From the NCBI GenBank assembly GCA_036170915.1, contig JAVHQC010000022.1, positions 96,001 through 160,000 on the forward strand: 64,000 nt of DNA. The letters run 5' to 3'. Every line of letters starts with the position of its first letter. Positions within the stretch are counted from its first letter, which is position 1. This DNA comes from Cyanobacteria bacterium auto_48_18. Its GTDB lineage: Bacteria; Cyanobacteriota; Vampirovibrionia; Obscuribacterales; Obscuribacteraceae. The notes beneath the pieces are model-generated. The model ran no database searches. It worked only from the letters and a program-made list of their open reading frames with translations, and was not told where the DNA came from. Position numbers and translations under genes: made by a program. Shown one piece after another: positions 49,035 through 58,762 of this stretch.

Positions 49035-51152
49035 TCAATCGGCGTTTTTACCATCAGGCGACCAGTGCGCTTTGCTTATACTTTTAATCGAGCAGTGCGG
49101 CAATGCCCGTTGCAGCTTACGTTTTACCGTCGGCGACCAGTCTGCCAGGCTCAAATATAGTTTGCTCAACTGGGGCATTTGCATGAAAGTCGGGCACGAC
49201 GCTGAAGTCAATTGGTGATTGCGCCGCAAATCGAGACTTTTGAGATGTTTTAGTTTGACAAGCGGTGCCAGATCGCTGTCGCGCAAACCGTTGGTGCTCA
49301 GGGTCAAAGTTTCTAGGTTTGGCATGGTGCTCAAGCTCTCTATGTCATGGGCGCTAACGGCGGTCTTGTCGAGATATAAACGCTCAATTTTTTTTGAATG
49401 GCGCAGAGCGTCAAGCAAGGGCGAGACTTTGTCATCGGCATTAAAGTTGAGACTGACAAGGTGCCCAATTAGAGGGGCTTTTGCCATGCCTTGGCCTGTA
49501 ATTTTGGTGTCGGCAATATCAAGTGATTCTAATTCGATTAACTTTGACATGGCCGCCAGGCAGCCGTCATCAATGTCATTGCCGGCCAGCTCTAGTTTGT
49601 GAATTGACGTGACCTGCGAAATGTTTTTCACCATTTCGTTATTGGCTTCAATGCTTTTGCATTCAAGATGCTTTAAGTCACCATGCTGAAAACGCTTGAG
49701 AATCGTCGGATATTGCGTAACGTCGCCGCTCACGGTGATTTCAACATTGGCATGATAAGGCACATCACGCGGGCCTCGGGCCATGGTGGTGGCAAGTGTA
49801 TTGTTGTGTGAATACTGCAAGAAACCAACAGAAAAATCTCTGGGAAATTCAAAATGACGAAAGGTCTCGCCATTCTTTTTGACAATGGTGGAGAAGGGTG
49901 TTTTGTTATCGATCTCAGCCTGGTATTTGCTTTTTGCCGGCAGAGCTTCGGCTGTGCCTGTGCTTGCTGGTGGTGCCTTTGCCACCACTTTCTTTGCTGT
50001 TGGCTGAGGCCAGAAACTGAAAGCGGCTGTGATAGCAGCTGCTCCTAGTAAGAGAAACAATGCCAGGCCAATAATTTTCATGCGATTTTCGGCTTCTGCA
50101 TGACGCTTTTTGTCTTCAGAGCTGATTGTTGTTTCTATGGCCCTGGCAATGGCGGGCCTGCTAAAAGCCGGTGTAGGCGCATCAAACGTACTACTAGATG
50201 CACTATGAGAGGCACTATTAATATAGTGTTCAAGGCTGAGTAAATCGGCTGCAGTTTCTGCCAACGACTGGTAACGCTTCTCTGGCGATTTTTGCAGCAA
50301 TTTGGCAATGATGCGCTCAAGCTCTGAAGGAAACTGCAAATTGCCGCCACTCACCTGTGAGTTAAGTGTAGGTGCCTCCATAGACTGATGCATCATGGTC
50401 GTTTCAACGGCGGTGTTACCAGCAAAAGGAGTGCTGCCGGTGAGAATTTCAAAGAAAGTCACACCCACTGAATAAATATCAGTGCGGTGATCAACAGCGA
50501 TGCCGGCACACTGCTCAGGGCTCATGTAAAGCGGGCTGCCGAAGACTTCACCGGGTCTGGTGACGCCCTGGTGGGCACCACCATCGATGGCAGTTAGTTT
50601 AGCAATACCAAAATCTACGATTTTTACAATTTTGCCGCCCACATTATTGCTCTGGCTAAGCAACATTATGTTGGCAGGTTTAATATCGCGATGAATTATT
50701 CCCCGTTCGTGGGCATAAGCTAGACCGGCACATACTTGACGGAAAATTGGCAGCGCTTGCTTGAGTGGCAAAATATCAAGATAACTGAGTAGCTCCGCCA
50801 GCGACTCGCCGGTGAGCAAATCCATGGTGTAATACGGCAGGCCATTTTCTGAATGACTCATGTCGTAGATTTTGACGATATTAATGTGATCGAGCCGGGC
50901 AATGGCCTGAGCCTCGGTCTGAAAGCGCCGCCAGGCCGTTTCGGTCACCTGGTCTGATCGCAACACTTTGAGCGCCAGCTGCCGACTCATAGCCAGGTGT
51001 TCCACCCGGTAAACAAAACCCATGCCGCCCTGGCCAAGAAATGCTTCTACTTTGTAGCTGCCATTGATAATATCTCCGGGCGCAAATGGTCCACGGTTTT
51101 CGTGCTGCAGCGAAACCGACCGGCCAGTTATATTGTCGCGGCTGTCTGACAT
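49035..51152 (-). CDS. Ser/Thr kinase - TM - LRR ectodomain
   Basis: Hanks motifs; TM; FEFPRDFSVG cap; LRRs. Confidence 0.93.
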   Translation of the reverse strand: MSDSRDNITGRSVSLQHENRGPFAPGDIINGSYKVEAFLGQGGMGFVYRVEHLAMSRQLALKVLRSDQVTETAWRRFQTEAQAIARLDHINIVKIYDMSHSENGLPYYTMDLLTGESLAELLSYLDILPLKQALPIFRQVCAGLAYAHERGIIHRDIKPANIMLLSQSNNVGGKIVKIVDFGIAKLTAIDGGAHQGVTRPGEVFGSPLYMSPEQCAGIAVDHRTDIYSVGVTFFEILTGSTPFAGNTAVETTMMHQSMEAPTLNSQVSGGNLQFPSELERIIAKLLQKSPEKRYQSLAETAADLLSLEHYINSASHSASSSTFDAPTPAFSRPAIARAIETTISSEDKKRHAEAENRMKIIGLALFLLLGAAAITAAFSFWPQPTAKKVVAKAPPASTGTAEALPAKSKYQAEIDNKTPFSTIVKKNGETFRHFEFPRDFSVGFLQYSHNNTLATTMARGPRDVPYHANVEITVSGDVTQYPTILKRFQHGDLKHLECKSIEANNEMVKNISQVTSIHKLELAGNDIDDGCLAAMSKLIELESLDIADTKITGQGMAKAPLIGHLVSLNFNADDKVSPLLDALRHSKKIERLYLDKTAVSAHDIESLSTMPNLETLTLSTNGLRDSDLAPLVKLKHLKSLDLRRNHQLTSASCPTFMQMPQLSKLYLSLADWSPTVKRKLQRALPHCSIKSISKAHWSPDGKNAD

Positions 51153-51226
51153 TTGACCCCCGCCGGCATTATTCCACTATTATTGTTTAACGCACCGCCT
51201 GCGTACCTAAAAACGGATGGCCAAAA

Positions 51227-52819
51227 TTGCCGTCAGACTCAGCTCACGAATCACAAATTTGGCCCGCCGACGCCGGCAATTTTAAGGCGTGGTTATGCGT
51301 GGCACTGCTTATCGACTTTTTGACGGCGGCCTGGCATTGCGCCATACCTGACGCCATAACCGGCGACGTGGCCATGTACTTGCAGTGTGGTCAGCTCGTA
51401 CTAAGCGGCCAGATTCCATTTCTTGATCTGGTTGACGTCAATCCGCCGCTGATTATGTTTCTAAATGTCTTTCCGGCACTGCTGGCTCGTCTCAGCGGTT
51501 TGTCATTAATGACCGCTGGTTCACTATTTATGGGAATAGTCAGCGTGGCCGCCACATTCATGACAGCATTCATACTGAAAGATTGTCTTCCGCGAGATTA
51601 CAAACGCTTTTTTGGCCCGGTTTTATTATCTGGCGCGTTAACCAATGCCATGGTGACATACGATTTTGGTCAGCGCGAACATTTTTTTGCTCTTGTCTGG
51701 TTGCCGTTTTTCTTCTTGCGTTGGTCTCGTTATCAAAACAGTGGAGCTAATAAAAACGTTCTAGATTTGATCTGTGGAGCAGCTTTCGGCCTCGGTTTGG
51801 CTCTCAAGTTTTACTTCGCTATCATTCCGGTCGCATGCGAGCTTTATTGGCTGGTGACGACAAAAGGCAGAGCGGTGAAGGTGGCTGCGCTCTTCAGCGC
51901 TGAGGCGTTAGCAGCGCTGGCCGTACTTTTGCTTTACGGCGTATATTTTTTATTGATGCCGCAAAGTGCGCGTGACGTTTTCTTTGGCATAGTCACGCCC
52001 TTGCTGCTCAGCGCTTATTCTGCTTTTAACCTCGCCGGATTTTCAATGGCCAATGTCTACTGGTGGCCAGTACTTGCTTTTGTTGTGGCATCGCTGGTGG
52101 TGGCATTAGTTTGCCGTCCGCCCCGGGCTCTTGCCTTGCCTGTGATAATTAGTCTGACAGCCGGATTTGTACTAGTGGAGATGCAGCACAAAGGCTGGAC
52201 CTATCACGGCATTTCTATGTTACTGGCGGCACTTTTACTTTTATGTATTTCTCTGGCGCATAAAATTCATGCGGTCAAATTTAGATTTTGGTTTATGTCG
52301 GGTTGCTCACTGCTTGTGACTGTGGGAGCTAGTTTGTGGATGACAAATGTGCACCAAAAACTCGACGTACTGACCGGCTGGCAGCGAAAAATTGGTACTT
52401 ACGCCCGGCCCGGCGAGCAGGTTTTATATTTAGATACCTCAGATTGCCCATGGTATGTTTACGCCGCAGACGCACAGCTTATGCCGGGCTCGCGTTATTT
52501 GTGGCTGTTCTATTTGCCCATGCTGGAATACAAAAAGAGTCATATTCAGGCAGATGCTAATGATAAAAAGGCCGAGCGGCTTGCGGCTGTAGAAGCCGAA
52601 GTACAGGCCATGGTTGATAATCTGGTGGCAGACGCAAATAAGAGGCAACCAGCAGTGGTGCTCTGTCACATGCGTAACTGTTATTCTATGCCGGCAGATT
52701 TTGACTTACTTGCGTACTTGCGCAAGTATGGCTTCGATCGCGCGCTTTCGGCATATGAAGAGCAGGAGCGCATCAATGATTTTGTTGTGTTTAAGAGGAA
52801 GGGTGGTAATTCTAAATAG
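51227..52819 (+). CDS. Polytopic membrane protein, probable GT-C glycosyltransferase
   Basis: DVAMYL, DVNPP, FGQREH, LKFY, QHKGWTYH. Confidence 0.65.
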   Translation: MPSDSAHESQIWPADAGNFKAWLCVALLIDFLTAAWHCAIPDAITGDVAMYLQCGQLVLSGQIPFLDLVDVNPPLIMFLNVFPALLARLSGLSLMTAGSLFMGIVSVAATFMTAFILKDCLPRDYKRFFGPVLLSGALTNAMVTYDFGQREHFFALVWLPFFFLRWSRYQNSGANKNVLDLICGAAFGLGLALKFYFAIIPVACELYWLVTTKGRAVKVAALFSAEALAALAVLLLYGVYFLLMPQSARDVFFGIVTPLLLSAYSAFNLAGFSMANVYWWPVLAFVVASLVVALVCRPPRALALPVIISLTAGFVLVEMQHKGWTYHGISMLLAALLLLCISLAHKIHAVKFRFWFMSGCSLLVTVGASLWMTNVHQKLDVLTGWQRKIGTYARPGEQVLYLDTSDCPWYVYAADAQLMPGSRYLWLFYLPMLEYKKSHIQADANDKKAERLAAVEAEVQAMVDNLVADANKRQPAVVLCHMRNCYSMPADFDLLAYLRKYGFDRALSAYEEQERINDFVVFKRKGGNSK

Positions 52820-53716
52820 CTAATGCAGCGGTGACAGCGCCTCCGCCGGAAAATGTGAGTTTGAAACCACATCGACGAATTGAATGTGCTTGAATTTGCT
52901 TCTGGCTTTCCCGTCGCGCCAGAACTCTTTGGGCCTGATGGTGACAGTGTTTAGCTTCGGTAATTTCAAAAGCGCTGGTAAGATTTTATCGTTAATTCCG
53001 GTATCGTTTATAGATAGACGCTGCAGGTTTTTCAGTGGCGCCAGATAAGCCATGCATTTGTTATCAATTTTGCGATTGAAAGAAATATCGAGGAGTGTCG
53101 CATTGCTCAAATTGGCCATGCTCGCACAGTCGTCATTGGTGAGCATGGTGCGACCTAAATGTAAATCGAGCAAGTTTGGCATGATTGATTTAATTTTGGC
53201 TACACTGCCTGGCTTTAAAGCCGAAGCACTTAAATCGAGATGGCGCAGCTTCTTCAGTTGACTCAGACTGGCCATGGTTGTGCCTGTTATGTTTGTACCG
53301 CTGGCACGCAGGGTAGCCAGCTCTTTGAAATTATTGCCAATAACGGTGAGCGAATTGTCGCTGATCATAGTTTGATCAAGATTTAGGGTACGCAGAGATT
53401 TGAAGTTTTTGATGTACGTCAATTGTTCGTCTTCAAAATCGAGTTGTGAGGCACAAAAGGTAGTGACACGCAGTCGGCTCAGTTGTTCAATTGATTTCAT
53501 CTGTTGCTGACCATCAAATGTGAGGTTGACCTCAAGATTGATATTGTCGGGAAGGCGCACATCACCCTGAGCCACCACTCGGGCGCGACGCACTGAGTGA
53601 TCAGCTTTCGGCCAATATAATATTTCGGCCAGCGACGCACGATTGGGAAAGTTCATTGCCACCATGTCTGCCAGTGCACTCTGGCAGGAGAATAGAACTA
53701 GCAGTAGTACGAGCAA
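52820..53716 (-). CDS. Secreted leucine-rich-repeat protein
   Basis: Signal peptide (..SALA), FPNRASL cap, LRRs, ends PAEALSPLH. Confidence 0.85.
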   Translation of the reverse strand: MLVLLLVLFSCQSALADMVAMNFPNRASLAEILYWPKADHSVRRARVVAQGDVRLPDNINLEVNLTFDGQQQMKSIEQLSRLRVTTFCASQLDFEDEQLTYIKNFKSLRTLNLDQTMISDNSLTVIGNNFKELATLRASGTNITGTTMASLSQLKKLRHLDLSASALKPGSVAKIKSIMPNLLDLHLGRTMLTNDDCASMANLSNATLLDISFNRKIDNKCMAYLAPLKNLQRLSINDTGINDKILPALLKLPKLNTVTIRPKEFWRDGKARSKFKHIQFVDVVSNSHFPAEALSPLH

Positions 53717-53772
53717 TACGCGTAGAATGGCTATTTCCTTTGGGCTGTTGCATTGACGAACAACTTGCCAAA

Positions 53773-54444
53773 TTACGGCGTTAGTATGTTTATCACAAAC
53801 ACAACGGGGTTCAATTTGCGCATACTGGGCTTGTTCGAAAGTATTTCTCTATCACCTATAAGTTCTTCTGGTGTGTTGCCCCCGGTTGGTGCCAAGCTAA
53901 TGGTGGCGCTTACTTTGCCTGATTTAGATTTGAGTATCGAATCTAGTTTGCCGCCGTTCCAGGATAGTACGTTGCCACCATAGTCCCAATCAAAGCCAGA
54001 AAGTTTAAACGGTTTACCGTTCATTTTTTCAAGTTCAACTAAAGTGGTGCCGGTTGTAATTTCGTTGGGCAATCGCCACAGGCTAGGATTATCTTCGATA
54101 CGAATGACTTCAGCAGCATCGCGCTTTTTGGCGTCTTTCCAGATAAATGAGACTTTGCGCTTGGTGTCATTTGGATAAATTACTGTGCCGTCAGCAGTCT
54201 CACCTTCAGCAACGTGGACTGTTTGGCGTTTGACATTTTTGGCACCAAAATTAGCAATCAAACTTTTTTCAGATGTGGTTGTACACAAAGTCGGTGAAAC
54301 TTTGCTGCTATCGCGCATCACCAGATATGGTTGTTGCGGCGCCGTGCCCTGCGCAAAAATAGACGTTGTGCCTAGTGCTAAAAAACCGCTAGCAATTGCG
54401 GCACATACAGTATTTCGCAGCGACATAAACTTTCCCCATGGCAT
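53773..54444 (-). CDS. Secreted hypothetical protein
   Basis: Signal peptide; NGKPFKLSGFDWDYGG motif. Confidence 0.75.
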   Translation of the reverse strand: MPWGKFMSLRNTVCAAIASGFLALGTTSIFAQGTAPQQPYLVMRDSSKVSPTLCTTTSEKSLIANFGAKNVKRQTVHVAEGETADGTVIYPNDTKRKVSFIWKDAKKRDAAEVIRIEDNPSLWRLPNEITTGTTLVELEKMNGKPFKLSGFDWDYGGNVLSWNGGKLDSILKSKSGKVSATISLAPTGGNTPEELIGDREILSNKPSMRKLNPVVFVINILTP

Positions 54445-54510
54445 CTAAGTGATTGGATCAGGAAGTATACGATATCTGTGAAATCAGTGACAGCATCAAG
54501 TGCTTACGCT

Positions 54511-54999
54511 CTAGGCTTTATCAGCCTTTGGCTTTTTCGATGGGGTATCCACCTCTTCGAATGCTGTAGCAAGGCCAAGAGGGTCTGTCTTGTCAAATAG
54601 TGGGCAATCAAGAAAACTGGTACCGGATTTTGGCTCACAAATATTGGGACTTAGTGCCATGTCGCAATCAGGGCAACGCAATGAAATATGGTCTGCTTCT
54701 GCGTCATCGAGTATTGGTTTCATTCTTTTTGCCATAAGTTTGTTCAGCGAACACTCCGATGTTCCAATGGGCAGCCGAACGTTGATACGTGCATAGAATT
54801 CTTGGTTTGTTGGATACTTGATTCTTCGGAAAACAGATATGCCGTTTTCTGGCTTACCCGTTTTTCGATAATTCATTTTCCTAACGAAGTCAGATATGTC
54901 CTGGTGGAGCCGCCCAACACCTTCGTCCAAATCGGAAGGCAGCCTAATCAGCCCTCTAATTAAGATTTCGCCCTGTTTGAGGTGGCCGTCTTTTGTCAT
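54511..54999 (-). CDS. Hypothetical protein, possible ADP-ribosyltransferase/RES-like fold
   Basis: E.LIRG ... GISVFR ... DHISL pattern plus CPDC. Confidence 0.5.
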   Translation of the reverse strand: MTKDGHLKQGEILIRGLIRLPSDLDEGVGRLHQDISDFVRKMNYRKTGKPENGISVFRRIKYPTNQEFYARINVRLPIGTSECSLNKLMAKRMKPILDDAEADHISLRCPDCDMALSPNICEPKSGTSFLDCPLFDKTDPLGLATAFEEVDTPSKKPKADKA

Positions 55000-55011
55000 C
55001 TGGCAGCTTTG

Positions 55012-55392
55012 CTACGCTGGAATACGGAATAAGTCTCTGGCAAAGCATGGTCGGCCCACTATTTCCGAATTATGGAAGTACTCTACTGAGCCGTCGGGTT
55101 TGATATAGACACGAAAATCTTCGCCGTGATTGCACCAGCCAAGCAAGATTTCGCTATTTACAGTCAAGCCAATTTTGGGACTAGTCGCAATTTGAAAAGA
55201 TTCCAAAACTTCGAAAGCGACCGCTACAGAGCGTTCCGTAGGGTACACGTCATAATCGTCGGAAAATTCTTCCGCTTCGCGACACAAGCTTAAGAGATGC
55301 TCTTTCGCCCTATCAAGCCATTTTTCATTTGATTGTTTTTTGCTAACTGCCACGCGAATCGAGCTCAAGGTGGATTTTCCTCCTGAAATCAT
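55012..55392 (-). CDS. Hypothetical protein, partner of the downstream gene
   Basis: 126-aa ORF; EILLGW...VYIKPDGSVEY; 12 bp from the next gene. Confidence 0.6.
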   Translation of the reverse strand: MISGGKSTLSSIRVAVSKKQSNEKWLDRAKEHLLSLCREAEEFSDDYDVYPTERSVAVAFEVLESFQIATSPKIGLTVNSEILLGWCNHGEDFRVYIKPDGSVEYFHNSEIVGRPCFARDLFRIPA

Positions 55393-55538
55393 ACCCCAGT
55401 CTGACTCATTTGAACCTTAAAGCCGCCCACTAATGGGATATTACACCTCTGGATCAAGCATTAGCTTCCGGTCGAGACTCGACTAAGGTAGTGGAAGACT
55501 CATTATTAAGTGAGCCAAGTGTTCTGTGTTTAGAGAGC

Positions 55539-55724
55539 TTAGTCATCCAATTTGCGTTTAGTGGATGGAGAGACGCTTTCGCAGCCCCGGAAACCGGTGC
55601 GGTATTCTTCATCGGCAATTGCGATCTGCTGTAAGGCTCTCGCGTGCTCATCGTCAGAGATTTCTACTTCTCCCAAAATCACGATTTTGGTCTTATCGAA
55701 TTTGCCTCTGGGCTCTTTTTCCAT
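55539..55724 (-). CDS. Small hypothetical protein
   Basis: GAGG RBS, ATG, 61 aa. Confidence 0.4.
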   Translation of the reverse strand: MEKEPRGKFDKTKIVILGEVEISDDEHARALQQIAIADEEYRTGFRGCESVSPSTKRKLDD

Positions 55725-55806
55725 TGTTCTGTCCTCGCCCTAGCTCGCTAATTTAATTGTATTACGAATTTGATGTTTGATTTCGTAATCTCTAGCAAGG
55801 GCAGTC

Positions 55807-56145
55807 TTATTTATAGTTCCGATAGTTTTTTAGCTTTTCCTTTAGCTCTGTCAGTTCGCTCGCCAGGTTCTCTTTAAGAGGCTTAGGTAAGGCGTTTAAG
55901 CATGCTATTCGATCAAGAATCTTTTGTCGTGCGCATTCGGGCTGCACGATCGCCAACTGAGAACGTGCCGTATTTTCTCTGGCGTTGCCGCATGATAGAC
56001 AGAGAGTTAGTTTCAAGGGTGCGTCCCGATAAATCGTATTGTCTGGTTCGATGCGAGCGCCGCATCTGCACCAACCGAAGTAAATTGCCTTGATAAATCG
56101 CGGGCGTGGAATGTAGTTTTTGGCTTCGGTGCGTCTTCTAAGCAT
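55807..56145 (-). CDS. Hypothetical Zn-ribbon-like protein
   Basis: GGAG before ATG 56145; CRCG...CLSC; C-terminal coiled coil. Confidence 0.55.
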   Translation of the reverse strand: MLRRRTEAKNYIPRPRFIKAIYFGWCRCGARIEPDNTIYRDAPLKLTLCLSCGNARENTARSQLAIVQPECARQKILDRIACLNALPKPLKENLASELTELKEKLKNYRNYK

Positions 56146-56288
56146 GAGAGTTGCTCCGTGGATACATGACGACTTTAATGCCGTCATGAAATAGAAGCAC
56201 TGTGCAATCGCACAGCGTTCTGACAGAGATCGGCTTTTTCGGTAAAATTTGCTTCTCTGTCTCAGAACAACTGGCGTTTATCGACTCT

Positions 56289-57950
56289 ATGAAACAACCA
56301 AGTGATCACTTACGTGCCTTAATTAACCAGCTCCAGCAGCTGACATACTCTTTTTACGGCCGCGGTTCTGGGGCCACGACAGAAGAGATAGAACTTGGCT
56401 TAGAGTTGCTCAAGAAGATTTCAGACTGTGGCGAATGGACGGCCATCCCTTTTCTCATGCCATTTTTGGCGACTCAGGCAGATGTGGCGAATGCTACTGC
56501 TAGCTGCGTTCAGTCGTTGGTTACCGGCATGCGGCCGACAATGCTTTTAGAGCTTGATGAGCGCTCTCGCGGCAGCTCTTGGAGAGAACCTCCGGATTTA
56601 AGCTTTTGGGGCAAATTTAAAAACTATGTTTTTACAAAGCCGACGGCTAAAGAAAATCTGGTTGGCGTCGTTGGTGTTAGCACTTTCCATCGCATCGGCT
56701 ACGTGCGAGAGTCAGCGCTTATTGAACTCGCGCTACTCAGGGGCGGCGGTGAGCTGCCGTTTTTGCTGATTCGGCTGAACGACTGGGTTCCGCAAGTACG
56801 GGCCATAGCAGAAAAAGCCATGGAAGAGCGGATGCAGACGTCATATTTGCAGAGTTTTGTTGACAATCTTGCCCTGGTGCAGCGGGTCAGTCAGCGGACG
56901 CGCAACGGATTAAAGAGCCAAGAGATCACTGGCCGGATGACCGAGATGCTATTACAGGAAGCAAATATTCACCTGCTATTCGATGGTCTGAAGCATCATG
57001 ATTATGAAGTATCAAGGCGTTGCCTGGATTTATTGATGCTGTCGCGAGCAGGCAATTCGACTCGCATTATCGAACTTGTTGTTCGGCACAAAGATTTAAA
57101 AAACCGCCTTATGGCATTCGAGCTAGCGAATACTTTGCCCGCAGATGCTCGGAGTGCAGTGTGGCTGCAGCTTGCTAAGGATAGAGCTCCATCGGTAAGG
57201 CGACTGGCGCTCGGCGCCCTTTGTGAAAACAGCAGCGCCGAAAGTAACACATTCTTGCAGGCTGCTTTACTCGACAAGGGCGTTGCCGTGCGTGATTTTG
57301 CCAGGTGGAAGCTCAAAGACTTAGGAATAGAAATTGATTATCGTCAGTTTTATATCGAGCAATTGAAAAGTGATGTGTCGCCCCAAGTTCTTGCAGCTGC
57401 AATTGCCGGCCTTGGTGAAATTGGCCAGTCGCATGACGCTGAGCTGATCGTTCCCTTTGTCGAGCATACGCATAATGCTGTAAAAAAATCGGCCATCAAG
57501 TCGCTGGCAAGATTAGCAGCACATGAATATCAACATCTCTTTTTGCAGCTGTTAAAAAATCATGTCGCGAGTATTTCTAACGCCGGAGCCGCTGCGCTGG
57601 CGCTGACGATTAGCAGTGTTGATGCGGGCCTGCTTTGGGATGCACTGGTTGAAACTAAAAGTTGGTATGTCAAACGCAGCGTGCTCAGGTTGCTGAATCA
57701 AGTGAATAAATGGGACCGACTCACTTATTTGATGCTTGCACTATCGGAGCCGGACGCGTCGGTGCAAGAAATGGCATTGGGATTTGTTGATATGTGGACC
57801 CAAGAATATGATACTAGCTGGCGCTTCACGGAGCCCAATGAACAACAATTGAAGCGGCTTGCCGACGCGCTTCCTGGAGCACGCGCAAGATTGTCGAGTG
57901 TTCAAATTAGTCTGTTGCAAGAATGTTTGGCGCTGCGGCAGAAGCAGTAG
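56289..57950 (+). CDS. HEAT-repeat protein
   Basis: GYVRE.AL, LPFLLIRLNDWVPQVR, repeated D....VR..A helices; ATG 56289 preferred to the track start 56202. Confidence 0.85.
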   Translation: MKQPSDHLRALINQLQQLTYSFYGRGSGATTEEIELGLELLKKISDCGEWTAIPFLMPFLATQADVANATASCVQSLVTGMRPTMLLELDERSRGSSWREPPDLSFWGKFKNYVFTKPTAKENLVGVVGVSTFHRIGYVRESALIELALLRGGGELPFLLIRLNDWVPQVRAIAEKAMEERMQTSYLQSFVDNLALVQRVSQRTRNGLKSQEITGRMTEMLLQEANIHLLFDGLKHHDYEVSRRCLDLLMLSRAGNSTRIIELVVRHKDLKNRLMAFELANTLPADARSAVWLQLAKDRAPSVRRLALGALCENSSAESNTFLQAALLDKGVAVRDFARWKLKDLGIEIDYRQFYIEQLKSDVSPQVLAAAIAGLGEIGQSHDAELIVPFVEHTHNAVKKSAIKSLARLAAHEYQHLFLQLLKNHVASISNAGAAALALTISSVDAGLLWDALVETKSWYVKRSVLRLLNQVNKWDRLTYLMLALSEPDASVQEMALGFVDMWTQEYDTSWRFTEPNEQQLKRLADALPGARARLSSVQISLLQECLALRQKQ

Positions 57951-58164
57951 TATTGCACGTGTCAGAGCAACTAGTGCTCTGCTTAATGTGCTCGAAAATC
58001 TACCGTCAAAAGGGCGCACCGAATCGGGTACCATCGCATTTCGCGATTCGCTACGAACACAGCTTCGTCTTAAATTGTTTACTCTCACTAGATGAACAGC
58101 GAAAGAGACAGATGCCTAAGCACCAAGTTCGCTAGCTTAGAGGGCTTGAACAAGGATGGTGGCT

Positions 58165-58195
58165 GTTGACAATTATGTCAACCATGTGCTATATG
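58165..58195 (+). promoter_or_regulatory. Sigma70-type promoter with perfect palindromic operator over the -35 box
   Basis: GTTGACA-ATTA-TGTCAAC (58165-58182) contains TTGACA; TGc-TATATG at 58187-58195; ATG at 58202. Confidence 0.7.
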
Positions 58196-58201
58196 TTAAG
58201 C

Positions 58202-58762
58202 ATGGATCTTCCACAGTTTAATCAATTTGGCCTGCTGCCTGCTGGTGATTACGTGCTCACGCTAAGCCAGCTCAGGGGCAGTCTTCTGGTGGTGCCTTCA
58301 GCTGAATCTGACCCGAGCTGGGATCAAAATTGGCGGCGCAAGCTTGTGGATAACCTGGCAGTCATGGCCGAGCAGCTTTGGTGCGTCGGTATTACCAATA
58401 TTTTTGTTGACGGCTCCTTCGTCGAAAACAAAGATCATCCAAATGATATTGATGGATATTTTGAGTGTGATTTGAACTATCTGTCTACAGGGCAGTTGCA
58501 GCAAGATTTAAACCAGCTAGACCCTCATAAAGTTTGGACATGGTCACCAGCAAGCCGCACTCCGTATGCAAATTCTACAAAACGACAACTTCCAATGTGG
58601 CATTTTTACAGGGTTGAGCTTTATCCACACATTGGTCAGCTGTCTGGCATTGTCGATGAGTTTGGAAATGATTTGCAGTTTCCTGCTGCATTTCGAAAAT
58701 CTCGCAGCGAACATCGTCAGAAAGGCATTATCAAACTCCTTCAGGAGAAGGCCCATGATTAA
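58202..58762 (+). CDS. DUF6932-like Pol-beta superfamily nucleotidyltransferase
   Basis: FN..GLLP.G, FVDGSFV..K..PNDID, KGII. Confidence 0.8.
   Translation: MDLPQFNQFGLLPAGDYVLTLSQLRGSLLVVPSAESDPSWDQNWRRKLVDNLAVMAEQLWCVGITNIFVDGSFVENKDHPNDIDGYFECDLNYLSTGQLQQDLNQLDPHKVWTWSPASRTPYANSTKRQLPMWHFYRVELYPHIGQLSGIVDEFGNDLQFPAAFRKSRSEHRQKGIIKLLQEKAHD

Noticed and set aside
57923..58135. 70-aa ORF with CLMC and hairpin CAGAGCA-ACTAG-TGCTCTG
   Set aside because: Overlaps the HEAT gene end and has no RBS; the hairpin lacks a clear U tract
58566..58754. N-terminal extension of the HTH ORF in the track
   Set aside because: Overlaps the nucleotidyltransferase gene; AGGAG + ATG 58755 is a better start
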